A DNA stretch of 64,000 nt from Macrostomum lignano (Eukaryota): the NCBI GenBank assembly GCA_002269645.1, contig NIVC01002234.1:45702-109701 (forward strand), given 5' to 3'. The notes beneath the pieces were generated by a model, which had not been told where the DNA came from, ran no database searches, and saw only the letters and a list, made by a program, of their open reading frames with translations. Positions 39,460 to 52,019 of this stretch are shown here, in pieces. The translations under genes and the position numbers were made by a program. Numbering within the stretch: the first letter of the stretch is position 1; each line of letters begins with the position of its first letter.

Positions 39460-40363
39460 TTTTAATCGCTTTTTATCAAAGATTTGTCTACGGACAGTAA
39501 AATTATTTTTATATAAAACTCATACGAGCTATATCTATGTTTTAGTTACAGCTTTGAGCATTTCCAGTGCAGAGAAACTTCATATCGCAACCCTATGTAC
39601 ATTAGATGAATAAGAGTGTAAGTGTACGCAGTGGGCGGTGTACACTTATCTTCACGGCAGCAGGGCGTGCTTCAGGTGCAATGTTCGTTTAAATACTTTC
39701 GTCTGGCCTTGACGATGCATGAAATTTCCTGGAAATTTCGTCAGTTATTTTATTCTAGAATTTTCTGCGATGCAACCACTCTAAAGATAGGAACAGTATA
39801 AATAGGCGGTAAATTCTTGCACAGCAAAGCTTGTACCAGAGTTTGTCTTCTCCAAGTGACAATGCTACAAATTCTGGGTAAGTTGGACACTATTTTAACT
39901 GTCTGGATAATATTTGGTCAATTTAGGTAAATTACGACATCAGGTCCAAAGCAATTTATATGGCTTATTTCAAACAGTTGAGTCTGATGTTGATTATTAT
40001 TGCAAATTCTCTCGTGAACGCTTATAGGAAAATATCTAAATTAAATTTGTTTAAGGTTTGAAATGTCACATGTTGAAGCATGTTGCATCAAGGTTACTTT
40101 CGCATCTCCGGTCACCTTCTGCCTATGATCATTGAACACGCACTGAGTGGTCTGAGCCGCCAAATCTTGAGATTCTCAGAGGGGATGGTTAGATCAAGGT
40201 TAGAGTTAGAGTGAGGCGACGTTGAACTCAAGCGCTGTTGATGGTCGTAGAATTTGAGCAGATTTTCAGAGCATACAGACGTCATCAATGCTTAGTTAGG
40301 CCTTTTAATTTGCTTGAACAAATCTTGCTTGCTTTGTAGCGTTTCTTCCTTTGTTGGTTTGTA

Positions 40364-40660
40364 GGGGGTTGCAGCCTAGTGGTGAGAGCGTCGGACGCAC
40401 GACTGGAAGGTCGTGGGTTCGATTCCTTATCCCACTGGAACAATTTGTGTCCTTGAGCAGGACACTTATCCCCATCCCCGATCCCCATCCTTTCCCCCAG
40501 ATCACTCAGCTGTAAAATGGGTGCCAGCATTAGCTGGGGTAATTGAGGGTGTGTGTGGCGACCTCCCAGTCCTTGGACTGAGCTGGACTGAGCTCGGTTG
40601 AGCTGTCTGTTGCACATCTGCCTAAATGGGGCAGGTGTAATCAATTATTTTTTTATTTAT
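40364..40660 (+). mobile_element. tRNA-derived CORE-type SINE, copy 2
   Basis: A box CAGCCTAGTGG, B box GGTTCGATTCC, core GTGTCCTTGAGCAGGACACTT...CTGTAAAATGGG, and 3' end GGGGCAGGTGTAATCAATTATT. Confidence 0.85.
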
Positions 40661-41559
40661 TGCATATTTAAACCCCCATGTAAGTCATGTTAACTTTTTA
40701 AAACCTAAAGATACTTTTCTATATGTTAGATGCAACACATTTACGTATTATAAATTTAGGTAACGCGAATGCTACACCACCATTCTAAAGATTCGCTAGT
40801 ATTTAATAAAAAACCCAACCCCACCCCGATCGATTTCAGGGTGATCGTCTTACCGGCCTAGGCGCGCACCAGCTGCGCCACCACCGTCCTTTCACCTTGA
40901 TCACAATATTTATCCTCCAGACTATGGAGCATATAAAACACTGAACGCTTACAATAACGCTTACATCCGAGCTGTCACGGATGATCACATAATAAAAGAC
41001 GAGTATGAAACCTCGCACTGCACTCATCTGACAGCTTAAATTGAGTGCTGACCGCCAAAACTCTATTGCGCCAAAACCTCTATTGAGCCATGCGCACTCA
41101 GTCTAGAGCTTTTCAAATTTCAAACTTCGAAAGTTCATAAAATTGAAATAGTTAAGGATATCTAAGCCAGGTTTGAAGCTAAAATTGATGGCTGAAATCT
41201 AAAAACTTTTGGGCTACCAGACCAATAAAAGGGGACTACTATAGGTGTGCCATGGCAGTTTGGCAGTTGGCGGTCTGATTTGCTTAGTCGTCATCAAATA
41301 GTCGGACCATCTTTCGATTTATTGGTGTTCGATTAATGCAAATCAAACCTCTAGGTTCAAAACGAACCTAAAAACCAATAATTGTCTACACTTTGCCATG
41401 GCAAAGTTTGAAAACCCTTTTGTTGCAGGAACCACGGTTGATCCGTGGTTTGGTGGGGACGCTTCATGGGTCGTCGACGGCTGGCGGGATATTTCTCCAC
41501 TAAGTTTCATTTTGATTTATGCTTTCAACTGATAGTTATTTGTTGCTTGTATTCAGTAG

Positions 41560-42160
41560 CAGTATAGAATTTCTGAACCGTCTACAACAGGAATTCGGCG
41601 CCAGCTGCGAAAGAGCGGAACTACAGCGGTGCGATGGCTTTCCTGGCAACAACGTGGCGAATTATCTCTTCAGGCTTGGCAACGGTCGCCAGCGCCTCAG
41701 CGTCTGGCACATCTGGCAAGCCGACAGCGTTCTGAAAATTGAAGGCGAGCGTCTCATGGTTCGTCTGTCTCCATTGCAACCGGTTGACGACGAGGCCGAT
41801 CAGCCGCAACTGGTGTACTCGGTACTGCTGTCTCTGCGCACCAAATCCGAGGCGAAAGCAGCTCAGACGGTCATGGCGACGGAGGCGGCAGACCTGGGCA
41901 AGGACTGCAACGACTTCTACTGGTTCTCGACGAGTCTCAACGAGCATCTGAGGCGTAGCTGCAACGAGTGGACGACGGAGACGACAAGTTTTTTGCACGT
42001 CCGGCAGGTGGTCCGCGACGTTCACGTGTTTGAGCAGCATCGAGACGGACCTGGTGGTGGCGACGACAAAGACGACAAGCTTCTCTGCGAGTTGGAGAAC
42101 TTTTCACTGGTACTGGCGACAACAGATCCCGCCGAACAGCAGCTTTTACCAGACAAATAG
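41560..42160 (+). CDS. Probable coding exon of an unidentified gene
   Basis: About 200 open codons with the GC-rich codon style of the genuine exons here, in an AT-rich setting. No recognisable family. Candidate neighbouring exons at about 41429-41503 and 42262-42506 could not be joined cleanly. Confidence 0.4.
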
Positions 42161-43111
42161 AATTTTGGTGTTCGTATTTGCCCTGATTAGACACGAAAAT
42201 ACTGACACCCATCTGTCTCTACATTACTATAAATGTATTCGCTTGTTAATCGAAGCTTTAGGGGTCGCTGTTGAAAATTCTAGTGTAGACTTTGAATTAA
42301 TAGCATCTTTCCGACAATTTTTGGCTTCAGCAGAGGCTAGACTAGGGCCGGGATGTTTTCCAAATGGAGATTCAGAGATGGAGCACCTCTGCAAGCACTT
42401 AAACTTCAAGGATGCAGATCGAATATTCCCTCGCCGTCTGTTTAGATACGCAGAAATTTGCACTTTTCTTCACTTTCTCGAAAGAATTCAATCGTATCAA
42501 CTGTAATATTAATAATAGAATTTCATCATCGACCCCAAGATATTTACGCTGGTAGTTGGTTCGAGTGAAAGTGTACCTTTACGAGTATGTGGACATCAAC
42601 AATTAACAAGTTACGAGTATTTCTGTTTAACTTTTGTCCCTTTGCTAAAACGATACAATCGATTTATTTATTTGTTAAACTGTTCCCTGCTGCTATTTGT
42701 TAAAATTATTGGCAGGTGTTCTTCGGCTACCGCACTTGCATAAATTTTCTACTATAAGGTCTCTACTATTACGTATAAGTTATAAGTTATACTAATAACT
42801 GTGCTGCATAGCATTGTCAATAAATGGAAAACATTTTATAATAGCATAAAGCATTACAGATTCTTGTGCGTCGACGTATTGTATATATTTTCAATAGGCA
42901 ATCGTTATCTACTTAGAATTATAGAGTTAAAAGTTTCTTTAACGCCTTTGATTACTGCTTACAGCTTGTTAAAACCTCGATGTTGAAATACAACTATATA
43001 TATATTCAGCATAATTTAACTTGCATAAATTGAAGACGCAACCGCTTAAAAAGCCTTTTATTTTTAAGTATTTTGCAGTTTCTTATTATTGCAGCAGCTT
43101 GTATCAAGTAG

Positions 43112-43416
43112 TAATTATAATAATAATTGATTACACCTGCCCCATTTGGGCAGATGTGCAACCGACAGCTCAGCCGCAGCTATTGAGCCGCGCATCTGAA
43201 GGCTGCGTACGGCTGTTCAGTCCAAGGACTGGGGGGTCGCCACACAGCCTCAATTACCCCAGCTAATGCTGGCACCCATTTTACAGCTGGGTGAACTGAA
43301 GCAATGCAGAGTTAAGTGTCTTGCTCAAGGACACAAATTGTTCCAGTGGGGTCGATAATCGAACCCCCGACCTTCAAGTCGTGAATCCGACGCTTTAACC
43401 ACTATACTACAACCCC
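43112..43416 (-). mobile_element. tRNA-derived CORE-type SINE, copy 3 (most complete)
   Basis: Minus strand: GGGGTTGTAGTATAGTGGTTAAAGCGTCGG...GGTTCGATT...TGTGTCCTTGAGCAAGACACTTAACTCTGCATTGCTTCAGTTCACCCAGCTGTAAAATGGG...GGGGCAGGTGTAATCAATTATTATT. Confidence 0.88.
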
Positions 43417-45796
43417 TACTAGGCTACAACCCCTATACCACAACCCCTACTAGGCTACAACCCCTACTAGGCTACAACCCTACTAGGCTACAACCCCTAC
43501 TAGGCTACAACCCCTACTAGGCTACAACCCCTACTAGGCTACAACCCCTATACCACAACCCCTACTAGGCTACAACCCCTACTAGGCTACAACCCTACTA
43601 GGCTACAACCCCTACTAGGCTACAACCCCTACTAGGCTACAACCCCTACTAGGCTACAACCCCTACTAGGCTACAACCCCTACTAGGCTACAACCCCTAC
43701 TAGGCTACAACCCCTACTAGGCTACAACCCCTACTAGGCTACAACCCCTACTAGGCTACAACCCCTACTAGGCTACAACCCCTACTAGGCTACAACCCCT
43801 ACTAGGCTACAACCCCTACTAGGCTACAACCCCTACTAGGCTACAACCCCTACTAGGCTACAACCCCTACTAGGCTACAACCCCTACTAGGCTACAACCC
43901 CTACTAGGCTACAACCCCTACTAGGCTACAACCCCTACTAGGCTACAACCCCTACTAGGCTACAACCCCTACTGGCTACAACCCCTACTAGGCTACAACC
44001 CCTACTAGGCTACAACCCCTACTAGGCTACAACCCCTACTAGGCTACAACCCCTACTAGGCTACAACCCCTACTGGGCTACAACCCCTACTAGGCTACAA
44101 CCCCTACTAGGCTACAACCCCTACTAGGCTACAACCCCTACTAGGCTACAACCCCTACTGGCTACAACCCCTACTAGGCTACAACCCCTACTAGGCTACA
44201 ACCCCTACTAGGCTACAACCCCTACTAGGCTACAACCCCTACTAGGCTACAACCCCTACTGGGCTACAACCCCTACTAGGCTACAACCCCTACTAGGCTA
44301 CAACCCCTACTAGGCTACAACCCCTACTAGGCTACAACCCCTACTAGGCTACAACCCCTACTGGGCTACAACCCCTACTAGGCTACAACCCCTACTAGGC
44401 TACAACCCCTACTAGGCTACAACCCCTACTAGGCTACAACCCCTACTAGGCTACAACCCCTACTGGCTACAACCCCTACTAGGCTACAACCCCTACTAGG
44501 CTACAACCCCTACTAGGCTACAACCCCTACTGGCTACAACCCCTACTAGGCTACAACCCCTACTAGGCTACAACCCCTACTAGGCTACAACCCCTACTAG
44601 GCTACAACCCCTACTAGGCTACAACCCCTACTAGGCTACAACCCCTACTAGGCTACAACCCCTACTAGGCTACAACCCCTACTAGGCTACAACCCCTACT
44701 AGGCTACAACCCCTACTAGGCTACAACCCCTACTAGGCTACAACCCCTACTAGGCTACAACCCCTACTAGGCTACAACCCCTACTAGGCTACAACCCCTA
44801 CTAGGCTACAACCCCTACTGGCTACAACCCCTACTAGGCTACAACCCCTACTAGGCTACAACCCCTACTAGGCTACAACCCCTACTAGGCTACAACCCCT
44901 ACTGGGCTACAACCCCTACTAGGCTACAACCCCTACTAGGCTACAACCCCTACTAGGCTACAACCCCTACTAGGCTACAACCCCTACTAGGCTACAACCC
45001 CTACTGGGCTACAACCCCTACTAGGCTACAACCCCTACTAGGCTACAACCCCTACTAGGCTACAACCCCTACTAGGCTACAACCCCTACTAGGCTACAAC
45101 CCCTACTGGCTACAACCCCTACTAGGCTACAACCCCTACTAGGCTACAACCCCTACTAGGCTACAACCCCTACTAGGCTACAACCCCTACTAGGCTACAA
45201 CCCCTACTAGGCTACAACCCCTACTAGGCTACAACCCCTACTAGGCTACAACCCCTACTAGGCTACAACCCCTACTGGGCTACAACCCCTACTAGGCTAC
45301 AACCCCTACTAGGCTACAACCCCTACTAGGCTACAACCCCTACTAGGCTACAACCCCTACTAGGCTACAACCCCTACTAGGCTACAACCCCTACTAGGCT
45401 ACAACCCCTACTAGGCTACAACCCCTACTAGGCTACAACCCCTACTGGCTACAACCCCTACTAGGCTACAACCCCTACTAGGCTACAACCCCTACTAGGC
45501 TACAACCCCTACTGGCTACAACCCCTACTAGGCTACAACCCCTACTAGGCTACAACCCCTACTAGGCTACAACCCCTACTAGGCTACAACCCCTACTAGG
45601 CTACAACCCCTACTAGGCTACAACCCCTACTGGCTACAACCCCTACTAGGCTACAACCCCTACTAGGCTACAACCCCTACTAGGCTACAACCCTACTGGC
45701 TACAACCCCTACTAGGCTACAACCCCTACTAGGCTACAACCCCTACTAGGCTACAACCCCTACTAGGCTACAACCCCTACTAGGCTACAACCCCTA
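43417..45796. repeat. 17-bp minisatellite (CAACCCCTACTAGGCTA), ~140 units
   Basis: Very homogeneous and contiguous with the 5' end of SINE copy 3. Confidence 0.96.
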
Positions 45797-46779
45797 GTCT
45801 AGTAGGGCAAAGCAACTGTCCAGTAAGCAGTTTGGCAAAACAGCCGGAGAAATGTTTTAAACAAGCAGCAAGCAGTGAGCAGTTTTAAAATTGCTTTAAG
45901 CTTAACTCTTCGATACATTTAGATGCATAAAAATCAAAATTATTTATAAATTTGCACAATTAGTACACAGTTAGGACTTTTTATTAGCTATAGAACTTAA
46001 TGCGTAGCGAGATGCTACTAAAAGTAGAACATAGCTGTTTTACTCGCTGATTTATTTATCTCGCAATATCTCGTGCTACTGTTAAGCAAGTTAAGCAGCT
46101 AACAGAATAAATTTTTGGCTATTACACTATAGAAATAGGACCAGTGTACCACGAGTCCTAGCCACGAAAATATTGTTTAGAAATAAACTGCAAATACTAA
46201 GTCCCTCATTATCAGTGTAAATTTTTGTAAAAATCTGAGTCAACAGTCTTACACGCTAGGAAAGCATGACTTGCTTTGAGTACTTCTTACAAGATAGCTA
46301 CTGGTTTTCGTGAGTGTTCTTATGCTTATCAGTAAAGAAGTTATTCTAGGAATAGCACTTCCGAACAGTGGTCAGTTTGAGCTCACTGTTCAAGAACTGT
46401 AGATACCAGCTCAAGCAGCAGAAACTTGAGAAACGCGATACACTACTTTGTTCACTCGTGGTCTCGACGTTTGCTTCAATTTTCGCCTGGGAATTTTCTT
46501 AGGTCAATACTTTCTGGTGCAATATGTCAGGAGAGCAGAATCATGGGGTCAGAGCAGTTCTGCCGTAATAACGCGTCTGACTTTTGCGACTCGATCACTG
46601 GTTTGATTCCGCTCGCGGCCACCTTCATTTAGGCTTTTGTACATGACGATTTGGCTGGTGGGTTGTCGTGCGATTCACAGCGATGAGGGCCAACCCCGAG
46701 GCACAGAGAGTGTACATGCCTGATGATTAGGAAGCCAGGGCCGCTGTACACTCTGTGGGAGCGTGTATACGAGCGTACG

Positions 46780-47120
46780 AGTGCGTAAACCAAAGCGCCC
46801 AGTGCCAGATCGACAGGCTGGTCGAGGTGGCATCGAGCGTCGGTCTAGTTGTCAACATGCTGAAGACCGAGGTGCTGACTGTGCCGGCCGACATCCCAGC
46901 GGACCTGACGTGCCGCGGCGCAGACGGGCAGACGACCAAGCTCGCACGCTGCCAGCGGTTAACCTACCTCGGCGGTCTGGTGCCCCACGTGGACCTCCGG
47001 TGGCGCAGAGGAGTTGCCTGGGTGGCCTTTCGTTCGATCCGAGCCGTCCTCCAGTCCGAAGCGCTGCCCGACCGCCAAAGGTCTCGGCTGGGGCAGGCGG
47101 TGGCCGAAACGTCACCTTGC
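46780..47120 (+). mobile_element. RTE-like LINE reverse-transcriptase C-terminal fragment
   Basis: VGLVVNMLKTEVL...LTYLGG...RRGVAWVAFRSIRAVLQSEALPD overlaps and aligns with RCRGLAWATFNSMRTILHSAALPD of the 30485 element. Confidence 0.78.
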
Positions 47121-47481
47121 TGGGCGCGCTTAGGAGTCAGTGGAATGAGCAGAATTGCCTTACCGCTAATCATGGAACAATTTTGCAGAAGGCGTTGCAC
47201 CAGAGTGCCCACAGCCGTTCTGCAATAATAGGACAGAATCATGCTAACATTCAACTTGCATCATTCAGTAGCCAAGTACCATTCCAAGTAGCCTCTGTAC
47301 TTAACACTTGGTTATGAACCGACTGTTTTGTGATATTGTGTTTTATATGTATTAGTGAAAACTTGGCAAAATCTAAATGTGTCGGGTCCCTGCTGGAGAT
47401 GTAGAAAAATATCTATTCTGCACAGTTGTCATGTATCCATTCAAATCTTTCATTTTTGTTCATTTATCCTCATTTATCCTA

Positions 47482-47581
47482 GATTACACCTGCTCTAACT
47501 GGCAGATGTGCAACCGACAGCTCAACCGCAGCTATTGCGCGGCGCACCTGAAAGCTGCGTACGGCTATTCAGTCCAAGGAC
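47482..47581 (-). mobile_element. CORE-type SINE, 3' fragment (copy 4)
   Basis: GATTACACCTGC...GCAGATGTGCAACCGACAGCTCAACCGCAGCTATTG...CAGTCCAAGGAC matches 43130-43230. Confidence 0.8.
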
Positions 47582-49134
47582 ATGTTGCTAAATATAATAA
47601 ATGTTCAAGGATTTCAAGGGAAGGCTATGTATCATTGTAGTTTCTCTGTATGTAAAACTGTGATTGTCCCTTAGCATTCTGCCAGTGAGCAATGGGACCA
47701 GTCACCAATGCACAATATGCAAAACAATTGAGAAGCAGATTATTTGCTCACTGCATTACTGACTTGGAAAAGCTATACTTTGTGAGACCACGCGGTAACT
47801 TGATAGTTGCGATGGGAGAGACTGCACGGTTTCTGGATGAATTAGTAGTGTGGGTGTAGGTTGGGTGTAGAGAACATGGATGTAGTGATAAGCAGATGAA
47901 GAGTTCAGGCATCTATACATGTACAAGTATAGCGAGATGAATGGGCATTTTCACCGGCCAGAATAATGCGTGCCTGTGTGTGCGTCATTAGTGGACAATT
48001 ACGGCCGTCTAAATATAACTTGACGTTTTCACATTTGCTATACGAGCGTACTTGATAAATAAAACCATGTATTAATGCCAGAATGTGACCACTTGCACTG
48101 GTTAGCTATGCAAAGCGGCAAGAAGTTTTTATGTCACTAAATTCCATAAATGCGCGAATGCATGCACGCTAAGCCCGATATATTTCTTGTGTACAGTTAC
48201 AGTAACTTAGAAATTTCACGGTCCATGCGTCACACGCTGCATGGTAAAGATTTATTATGATATAATAAACTAAGCTAAAGATGGCACAAAGTCCAGTAAG
48301 ATCGGGGGCATTGTACACGTGGTTGGCCTTATAGGGTGAATCCAGCCAATCTGTAATACAAGTTAGTTCGCACGTTGCACACAGCGAGACAGCACACGGG
48401 GTGTGGTGGTGGCAGCACGAGAGTAGTGATTGTGGGGTGGCGTTCCCAGTTTGCCAACTGGTTTTTGATTTCGACTGTTTTTGCTTGTATTCGCCAGGCT
48501 GCCAACGCAACGTAACTATTTCATGCAATTTCCCACCTCTCTCCCTCCAGGTTTGGCAATCTCTTCGGCTGCGACTTGCGCGCACGCAGAGCGGAGACGG
48601 AGTCAGAGGAGAGGGTGAGAGTAAGGGGGAGAGAGGGGCGTTGAGTCACAATCGCGGCAAATAAATTTGGCCAAGCTCCGTTCCTAGGAGTCAGTGTGTG
48701 CGCGAGTGACTCCTCTCTCCAGTACGTATTTTAAGCCACAATCGTTATCGTTCGCTCTGATTTCTTCAATACATTGATCCGTGGTACTGCGACGGCTGCC
48801 TGCAGTCCCGCTAGCCAACACAAGCATACTGTGTGTCGCTGGGCCTGCACACACACACACACGCAGACGGATTATTGAAAGGCCGAGACAGTCAGCCAGA
48901 CAGAAAGGGAAGAAAGAGAACGAATCGGTTTAAGTCGCTGCTGCAGCTCGACCGTCTACCCACCCCTACCCCTACCCCGGTTGGCTCAGCGATCCGCTGG
49001 CCCAAGTCTACAGAGTCTAGTTATTAATCCCATTGCATTGAGCAACCTCTCTTATTATCCGCGCTTCGCTTCGACTGACTTCGACTCGACTCGAGAAGAT
49101 TTGACTTCTCCGACCGACCGACTGACCGAGAAAA

Positions 49135-50391
49135 ATGCTACATTCGAGCTATTTGCACTACGCCCAGTTGGCCGCGGCCCTCTTCGTGGTCGCCATGCTC
49201 GCTGTGCTGCTCACGGCCTACATCCTCGCCATCATTTGGGCTAGGGTGTACTTCTACCGGCGAGTTAACTTCAGTCCAGACATGCTGGAGGCTGGACTTC
49301 CAGGCGTTTCAATCATCAAACCGCTCGTTGGGATCGATCGGAATGTGTACGCAAATCTGGAGACCTTCTTCACGCTGCAGTACCCCAAATATGAGCTGCT
49401 GTTCTGCCTGGAGTCCGACTCCGACTCCGCCCGAATGGTGATAGAGACTCTCATGGAGAAGTACCCGGCTGTAGAGGCTCGACTGCTGTGCTCACCAATC
49501 TTGTGCGGCGTGAATCCGAAGATCAACAACATGATGCAAGGCTACCAGACTGCGAAGCATCAGCTGGTGCTTATCTCCGATAGCGGTGTCAAAATGCGAC
49601 CAGAGGCCCTCGCAGACATGGTTTGGTGCATCAACCAGAAGGACGTCGGCCTGGTGCATCAGATGCCATTTGTAGATCAACGACCGGGCTTCCGCAGTCT
49701 TGTACATTCCGCCTACTTTGGCTGCTCGCACGCCAAGTCCTATATTAGCGCCAACTGTTTAGGCATCACCTGCTGCACCGGGATGTCCTGCTTATTCCGC
49801 AGGCAGGTTGTGGACGAGCTTCCCGGCGGCCTGGCCTACTTCGGGCGCTACTTGGCCGAGGATTTCTTCTTAGCGCAGCACATCCAGTCAAGAGGCTACC
49901 GAGTGTCCGTGTCGCACTATCCGGCTCTACAGGATGGCACAGGCGAGGTGAGACTCCTGCAACGAAGATTGATTCGCTGGGCCCAGCTCCGCACCGCCAT
50001 GGTGCCGCACATCGTTCTACTGGAGCTCATCGCCGAGTGCTTAGCGGCCGGCCTGCTAGGCGCGTGGGCTCTGCCGTTCCTCTTCCCCAGCTTGAATCCC
50101 TGCGCCTGCTTCCTGATTCACTGCCTGACGTGGCTCCTAGCCGACTACGCCATGCTGCGCAGCTGCATGGACACCGCTGGCGTTGACGAGAAGCCGCAAT
50201 TCGGCCGCGTTGAATTCGTTTGCGCCTGGCTGCTCTGCGTCGGCATGACGCCGTTGAATCTGCTGGTCTCGCTTAGTCGCTCCGAGATTGTCTGGCGAAA
50301 TCGGCGCTTCCGGCTGAGCTGGGGCGGCGCCACCCACGAAGTGTCGTCGCAGCAGAAGTTGACTAACGCTAGCAGTAAACCGACGCTTTGA
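49135..50391 (+). CDS. UGCG: Ceramide glucosyltransferase (glucosylceramide synthase, GT21), intronless, 418 aa
   Basis: N-terminal TM segment, then GVSIIKPL, NPKINN, ISDSG, GLVHQMPF, TGMSCLFR, LAEDFF, an RxxRW motif (RLIRW), C-terminal hydrophobic segments and IVWR. Confidence 0.95.
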   Translation: MLHSSYLHYAQLAAALFVVAMLAVLLTAYILAIIWARVYFYRRVNFSPDMLEAGLPGVSIIKPLVGIDRNVYANLETFFTLQYPKYELLFCLESDSDSARMVIETLMEKYPAVEARLLCSPILCGVNPKINNMMQGYQTAKHQLVLISDSGVKMRPEALADMVWCINQKDVGLVHQMPFVDQRPGFRSLVHSAYFGCSHAKSYISANCLGITCCTGMSCLFRRQVVDELPGGLAYFGRYLAEDFFLAQHIQSRGYRVSVSHYPALQDGTGEVRLLQRRLIRWAQLRTAMVPHIVLLELIAECLAAGLLGAWALPFLFPSLNPCACFLIHCLTWLLADYAMLRSCMDTAGVDEKPQFGRVEFVCAWLLCVGMTPLNLLVSLSRSEIVWRNRRFRLSWGGATHEVSSQQKLTNASSKPTL

Positions 50392-52019
50392 TGATAGCTG
50401 CAAGTAAGCTATATTTTCCAAGGGAAAAGCAGGACACAGTAGCAGCACTCTTGGTCTCCCGGTGTTGAAATCGATTCAAACACTCCTTGAACCCCTAGCT
50501 GATGCGCATGACAATGTGGCATTTTGTTCTTCATTATTTCGTAGTTTGACCGTCTTAAATTGTTTTTTTTAAATCTTAATAGCCTTTATTCGGATAGGTT
50601 AGAATTGAATAACCAAGCAGATATACGAGCTAACTTTGGCTCAGTGCCAGTCAAATTTGGCCTCCACTGCGGCTGTGTCAGCACAATCTGTCCTCTCATT
50701 CATTCTATTTCAAAGCAGACTATTCACCAGTTTCCTCTAGCTAGACGTAAAATCCTTTGACGCGTCTTTTCTTCTATTAGCTGCTATTTTTATACGCTCG
50801 TTAAATCTGAAAGACCCCCATCTTGCCGGTTTGTTTAAAATTGTTGCGTAGCTCGTATCATAAATGTCATTTTTACCTACGAGTTCGCGTACCACCTGTC
50901 TCTTATGAACTGGCAGGGTAAGCCGGTATGCGCTGCATGTATACACTTTATTTGCACAATTAATTGTATTGCGCGACGCCCGCAGCTGCGTATATCTGCT
51001 CGAATTGCCCCCATGTTTCCTTCCAAAGTATTTCCTTCCAACATAGTCAGATTCAGTAATCTTCAGTACTTTATTACTGCTGCACCTGGTTTTAATTTGC
51101 ACGCCCTCTTGTAGCCCTTTGTTCTTGATTTGACATGCATTCTCCGAACTCAAGTGCTTGCCTGCTAATTGCCCTGACTTGTCTAGTCGCTGCAACAATA
51201 AAACTTATTAATGTATGCCCCAGCCAAAAGCTGGAAATCAGGTAGGCTTGTTCCTTTGCTTCCGTTTGCTTTATTTAAAGGAGCCTTATTAAACCTGTAA
51301 TTCGGACTTTTGAATGCTAAGAAACGGGCCTAGCTCAAAGAGAGTAAAAGAGACACAGAGAGATCTGGAACTCTGCTCGGGACCGTTCCGTTTGATTTGA
51401 ACACCGCTGTGCAAGCAGGGCTAGAGCTGGATTGGCATGAGTTCTTCGAAACAAGCGCTGCTGTAAGTCGCCCTAGCTGTCTCGTGTCTCCTGTCCAAAT
51501 ACCCCCATAGCTATCAGTTCAGCTCTTGTTTAACCAAGTGCGCACTTGAAGTATTTGGAAGGAAACTTTGCATTCGCTGCATATAAAAGCCTCTCGATTA
51601 GGTCTGTTTTGGGTAGTTCAATTCTGTGTGTGTGGGTGGGTGTGCAAATGCCTGAATTGGAATTCGCAGCGGATGAGAAAAAGTGAATATGGCTCATTTT
51701 TTTGGCAACGTTTTGTTCTGAATGCATACGCTCGTAAACGCAGTTATGTGCGCGAACCTGCGTTTAACTGGATTTTATCGCGCTACCAGGTACAGACAGT
51801 GAAATTCCGGGCGGAGGCAGCGCATTTGCAGTTCAAATATCACGTGTTTGCATTGTGGCAGCTAATTTAACAGGAATTATTCTGTAAAATTCAGGGTAGC
51901 TGCAGCAGCTGGGACATACTTGAAGTGTATTAATAAAGTACGTCGTACATGTAGTGCAGCTCTGCAAGATTGAAGGGAAAAATAGACGAGGGGTAGTAGA
52001 ATAGAACAGCAAATTAGGG

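Noticed and set aside
43417-45796. CRISPR-like or tRNA-gene array
   Set aside because: No spacers and no cas genes in a eukaryotic context; the units are only a 17-bp piece of a tRNA-like head.
49135-50391. UGCG nested in the minus-strand gene
   Set aside because: That gene appears to terminate at 53456 with a polyA signal near 53320, so the two genes are convergent rather than nested.
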